From contig JAUCBJ010006278.1 of assembly GCA_032718475.1 (NCBI GenBank), positions 1 to 40,637 of the forward strand: 40,637 bases of DNA, written 5' to 3'. Positions within the stretch are counted from its first letter, which is position 1, and the number at the start of each line of letters is the position of its first letter. The notes beneath the pieces are model-generated. The model did no database searches. It was not told the DNA's origin and worked only from the letters and a program-made list of their open reading frames with translations. Made by a program: the position numbers and the translations under genes. The stretch comes from Nemertoderma westbladi. Lineage: Eukaryota > Animalia > Xenacoelomorpha. Shown here piece after piece: positions 37,413-40,637 of the stretch.

Positions 37413-37955
37413 TGTTAGCGAATCAATTCCGCCTCACCAAACCCCATAAAGTGAGCCATAAAGCAATATTGGGAGCACGAGGTTAATTACCAATATCAAC
37501 CTCGTGTCACCCCAATAAAGTGGGAAGGGAAGGAGAAACACACAATGGAGGTCAGGGGCCAAACCCCTAACCCAAAGAGAACAGGTGGAGTGAACGGGAA
37601 CACTCCAAAGGGCGCCAACAGGGGTATCAACCAATCAGAGGGGGGGAAAGGCATCGATTAGGTACAGCAATAAGGCCACCGTGCAATATAACCAGTTACC
37701 AGTAATCATACCAGTCAGTTATCCCAGTATCATATTGGTGCTAGTTAGGTTAGATAGTTTAGCTAGGGAAGGACCGGGACTTTAGTTACCGTATCCCGCC
37801 TTCCGTGTACAACAACCTATATCCATATCTATATCTATATCTTTATGCCGATTATTATATACAACGAACGATACGAACTCATTTACTCTTCACACACGGC
37901 GGGGACGCGTGAACTAACACCGGATAAACCGGGATCCTTCCTGGATCCCGTCACA
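37413..37955 (+). repeat. 3' LTR (543 bp)
   Basis: Near-identical to 32819-33360 and followed by the TSD TTACC. Confidence 0.97.
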
Positions 37956-38002
37956 TTACCCTCACACCACAGAAAACGATTCATGTAAGTAACCATTTTA
38001 GT

Positions 38003-38217
38003 TACCAATTGAAGGAAAGGAGCAGGTTTCAGCCTGTTTCTATTTCGGCTATCACGACTATTTCTAACCAAAACAATAAACGATGTTGTTACCAATTGAG
38101 GGAAAGGAGCAGGTTACAGAGACGAATTTTTCTTAAGCAAAACAATAAACGATGTTGTTACCAATTGAGGGAAAGGAGCAGGTCACAGAGACGGGTTTTT
38201 CTAACCAAAACAATAAC
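38003..38217 (+). repeat. ~69-bp satellite, ~3 copies (same family as 15495-15905)
   Basis: CCAATTGAGGGAAAGGAGCAGGTTACAGAG...CAAAACAATAAAC units. Confidence 0.85.
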
Positions 38218-38859
38218 CTTTGTTGTTATATCGTATGTTAAAATATCGATATCACTAGAGCTTATATCCGACAATTATTTATGAAATAACTAGTCAAATT
38301 TTTGGAAATTAGGGTTTTTGATGTATAAAAATCTGATGGGCTGAGATAAATTTCCTAATTTAGTCAAGAAATTGTGTTAATAAGCTTCATATAATTGAAC
38401 ATCCAAATGGTAATATTACTTGTTAAATGATTAGAGAAATTTCCTCTACTCAGGAAACTAAATTGGTAACTATATAGAAGTACATAGTTCAGTCAATTGA
38501 TAGCCAGTGAAGTAAAGTTTTAGTTTTCACAAAATTTTGGAAAATCCCACCCATAGTTACCTTGATGCAATGTAAAATCCATGTTGCTAAGAAAAGAAAC
38601 ATGAAACTGTAAGTGTTATTTATGGTTACATTGTTTGGAGATTGGGATTTTTGTCATCTATATACCCAATGTACGTACATAGTACAGTTTTACTATTAAT
38701 TCTATTTAGTCATTAATTCACTGAATATGTCCTCAACGTGGATCGAAATATATCTGGAAATTAATTACTATTATTCTGATTGTTAATTATACCAATTTTG
38801 TAAATTAGTACCGGTAATGTTGTTGTGTCTTGTACAATGTTTATTATATTATCTTCCGT

Positions 38860-39227
38860 TTATTTACTGTTATGTTTGTTTATTGTTTGTTTATTGTTTG
38901 TTTATTGTTTGTTTATTGTTTGTTTATTGTTTGTTTATTGTTTGTTTATTGTTTGTTTATTGTTTGTTTATTGTTTGTTTATTGTTTGTTTATTGTTTGT
39001 TTATTGTTGTATTGTTTGTTTATTGTTTGTTTATTGTTTGTTTATTGTTTGTTTATTGTTTGTTTATTGTTTGTTTATTGTTTGTTTATTGTTTGTTTAT
39101 TGTTTGTTTATTGTTTGTTTATTGTTTGTTTATTGTTTGTTTATTGTTTGTTTATTGTTTGTTTATTGTTTGTTTATTGTTTGTTTATTGTTTGTTTCTT
39201 GTTTGTTTCTTGTTTGTTTATTGTTTG
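38860..39227. repeat. 11-bp minisatellite (TTGTTTGTTTA)n, ~32 copies
   Basis: Direct inspection; it explains the three overlapping repetitive ORFs. Confidence 0.97.
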
Positions 39228-40285
39228 CTCATCAATTAACTTAATTAGTAATATAGAGTTTAAAAAATGAGTTGATTGCATTTAAAAAAAAAATGTACTC
39301 CATTACTTCAGCTCCGCATCTACAAAGGGAAAGGTTTGCTCTCACTACTTCTATTGGAGGCGGCTCTGTTCAAGTGTCAAGCTTTTTTTTGTTCTCAACA
39401 ATTCTCTAATATCTGGTGTTGGAGTGTGTATTACATGATTTTTCTTTATATAATGTTACTGTGTGGATGAAAGTGGTCTGTAATTATTTGTATATAAATT
39501 TTAAATATCTAAATCTAAATTTATATTGTTTACACAATATATATTTTCCTAGGTACAAAAACAATGAGGCAATATTTATAATAAAAGTACTTTTGAAATA
39601 TTAAAAGTAAATAATTTCTAATTCAAATGAACATTATAAATAATGAGTATGCAATATATACCGCAGACATAATTGGCGACCAAAGAATATGCTCCATATT
39701 CCCGTATGCTCCCGTATTTATTTTCTAAGAGCATGAATGGAACTTCCCAAATCTATTATTCTATTCCAAGGTGACTTCCATCTGGCACTGTTTTCTTTCT
39801 CTTGCTTTTGTCAATTGGTAAAGCCTAATGGAGTGTGAATTAATGGGGAGGATGTGCGTACGGTGCAGTGTTTCCTGTGCATGGGATATTAAGGTAAGAT
39901 ATTTTAAATGTTAATAATGTAAATGTTAAAATCTATAGCTGGAATTTATATTCATTCCAGAAACAAATGTGGATAATTATTAATTAAAAATTAAAATGAG
40001 AAATGAAATACATATGAAAAATTTACAAAACTAAGGTACAGTATGTTGTAGAGGATGGGGGGGTGGGGTGGTGTTCTAGGGACCATGGACGACCTCGAAG
40101 AGTCCCTCGCTGCTCGTGAGTGAGCAGTTCATTATCCCCATGATAGAGGCCACATTGCCGACCAGGATGGCCACATGCAACCTCTACAGAAGGAAGCGGT
40201 GAGATTGAAGCTCCTTTGTAACAGGAGGGAAATCTGGCTCCTACTTCCTTCAGGAACTCGGATGATTCAGGACCAGGGCGGCCCA

Positions 40286-40381
40286 GAGGGTGTCATCGCG
40301 TTACGGCTAATGTTGCTTTACGGCTAATTTTTTGAGAGATTAGCCGTAACGCGATTCAAAAAGTCGCGTTATGGCTAATCT
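40286..40381. repeat. Cluster of direct and inverted CGCGTTACGGCTAAT motifs, probable terminus of a DNA transposon
   Basis: Three direct copies and one inverted copy (ATTAGCCGTAACGCGAT). The partner end is not in the window. Confidence 0.45.
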
Positions 40382-40637
40382 ATTGTCTTGGTTTTACATA
40401 GGGAATCATTATCAATATTATTCAATGGTGTTTACGTACAGACGCGGTTCAAACAATGTAATGTAATAATGTTTTACAGCATGAGAGTATCCGGGAGGGG
40501 GGGGGGATTTTATCATCTTTCATACTGTATGTTCTTCGACAACCTCACATTCAATATTTTAATATACTGTAATATTGTATTCTATGGTATTCTTAGTCAC
40601 AGCCTCAAGCACAGATACCGATTACAGTCAATAATAG

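Larger units (their letters stand above)
32819..37955 (+). mobile_element. Non-autonomous BEL/Pao-type LTR retrotransposon (5137 bp)
   Basis: TG...CA LTRs, TSD TTACC (32814-32818 and 37956-37960), PPT before the 3' LTR, DUF1759-like gag; no PR, RT, RH or IN motifs seen. Confidence 0.92.

Noticed and set aside
38817-39270. Three overlapping hydrophobic Cys-rich ORFs
   Set aside because: Artefact of a stop-free 11-bp minisatellite.
39771-39893. Host exon flanked by TTCCAAG and GTAAGA
   Set aside because: Stops in all three frames and no partner exons; could only be non-coding and is unsupported.

Overview
AT-rich eukaryotic DNA, probably an invertebrate metazoan (inferred from the repeat families and composition). 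No host gene can be supported; the window is almost entirely transposable elements and tandem repeats. Main contents: (1) two RTE-clade LINEs on the minus strand, both with (TAG)n tails and exact target-site duplications (TSDs). One is 5'-truncated (5859-8238) and inserted into a fold-back palindrome; the other is apparently full-length but decayed (27339-32363) and interrupted by a TTAA piggyBac-like MITE. (2) A young BEL/Pao-type LTR element (32819-37955) with near-identical LTRs, a 5-bp TSD, a PPT, a long broken gag and no pol. (3) A Penelope-like GIY-YIG fragment. (4) A Nin/Deu-type tRNA SINE. (5) Many Helitron-like non-autonomous pieces, some arranged as large nested palindromes (5096-10935). 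(6) Several satellites, including a 2.7-kb 21-to-26-bp array. Top candidate for an undescribed system: the LTR element has no tRNA primer-binding site. Instead, the bases directly after the 5' LTR pair in register with the LTR's own putative R region, with the geometry of Tf1-style self-primed reverse transcription, here in a BEL/Pao element.
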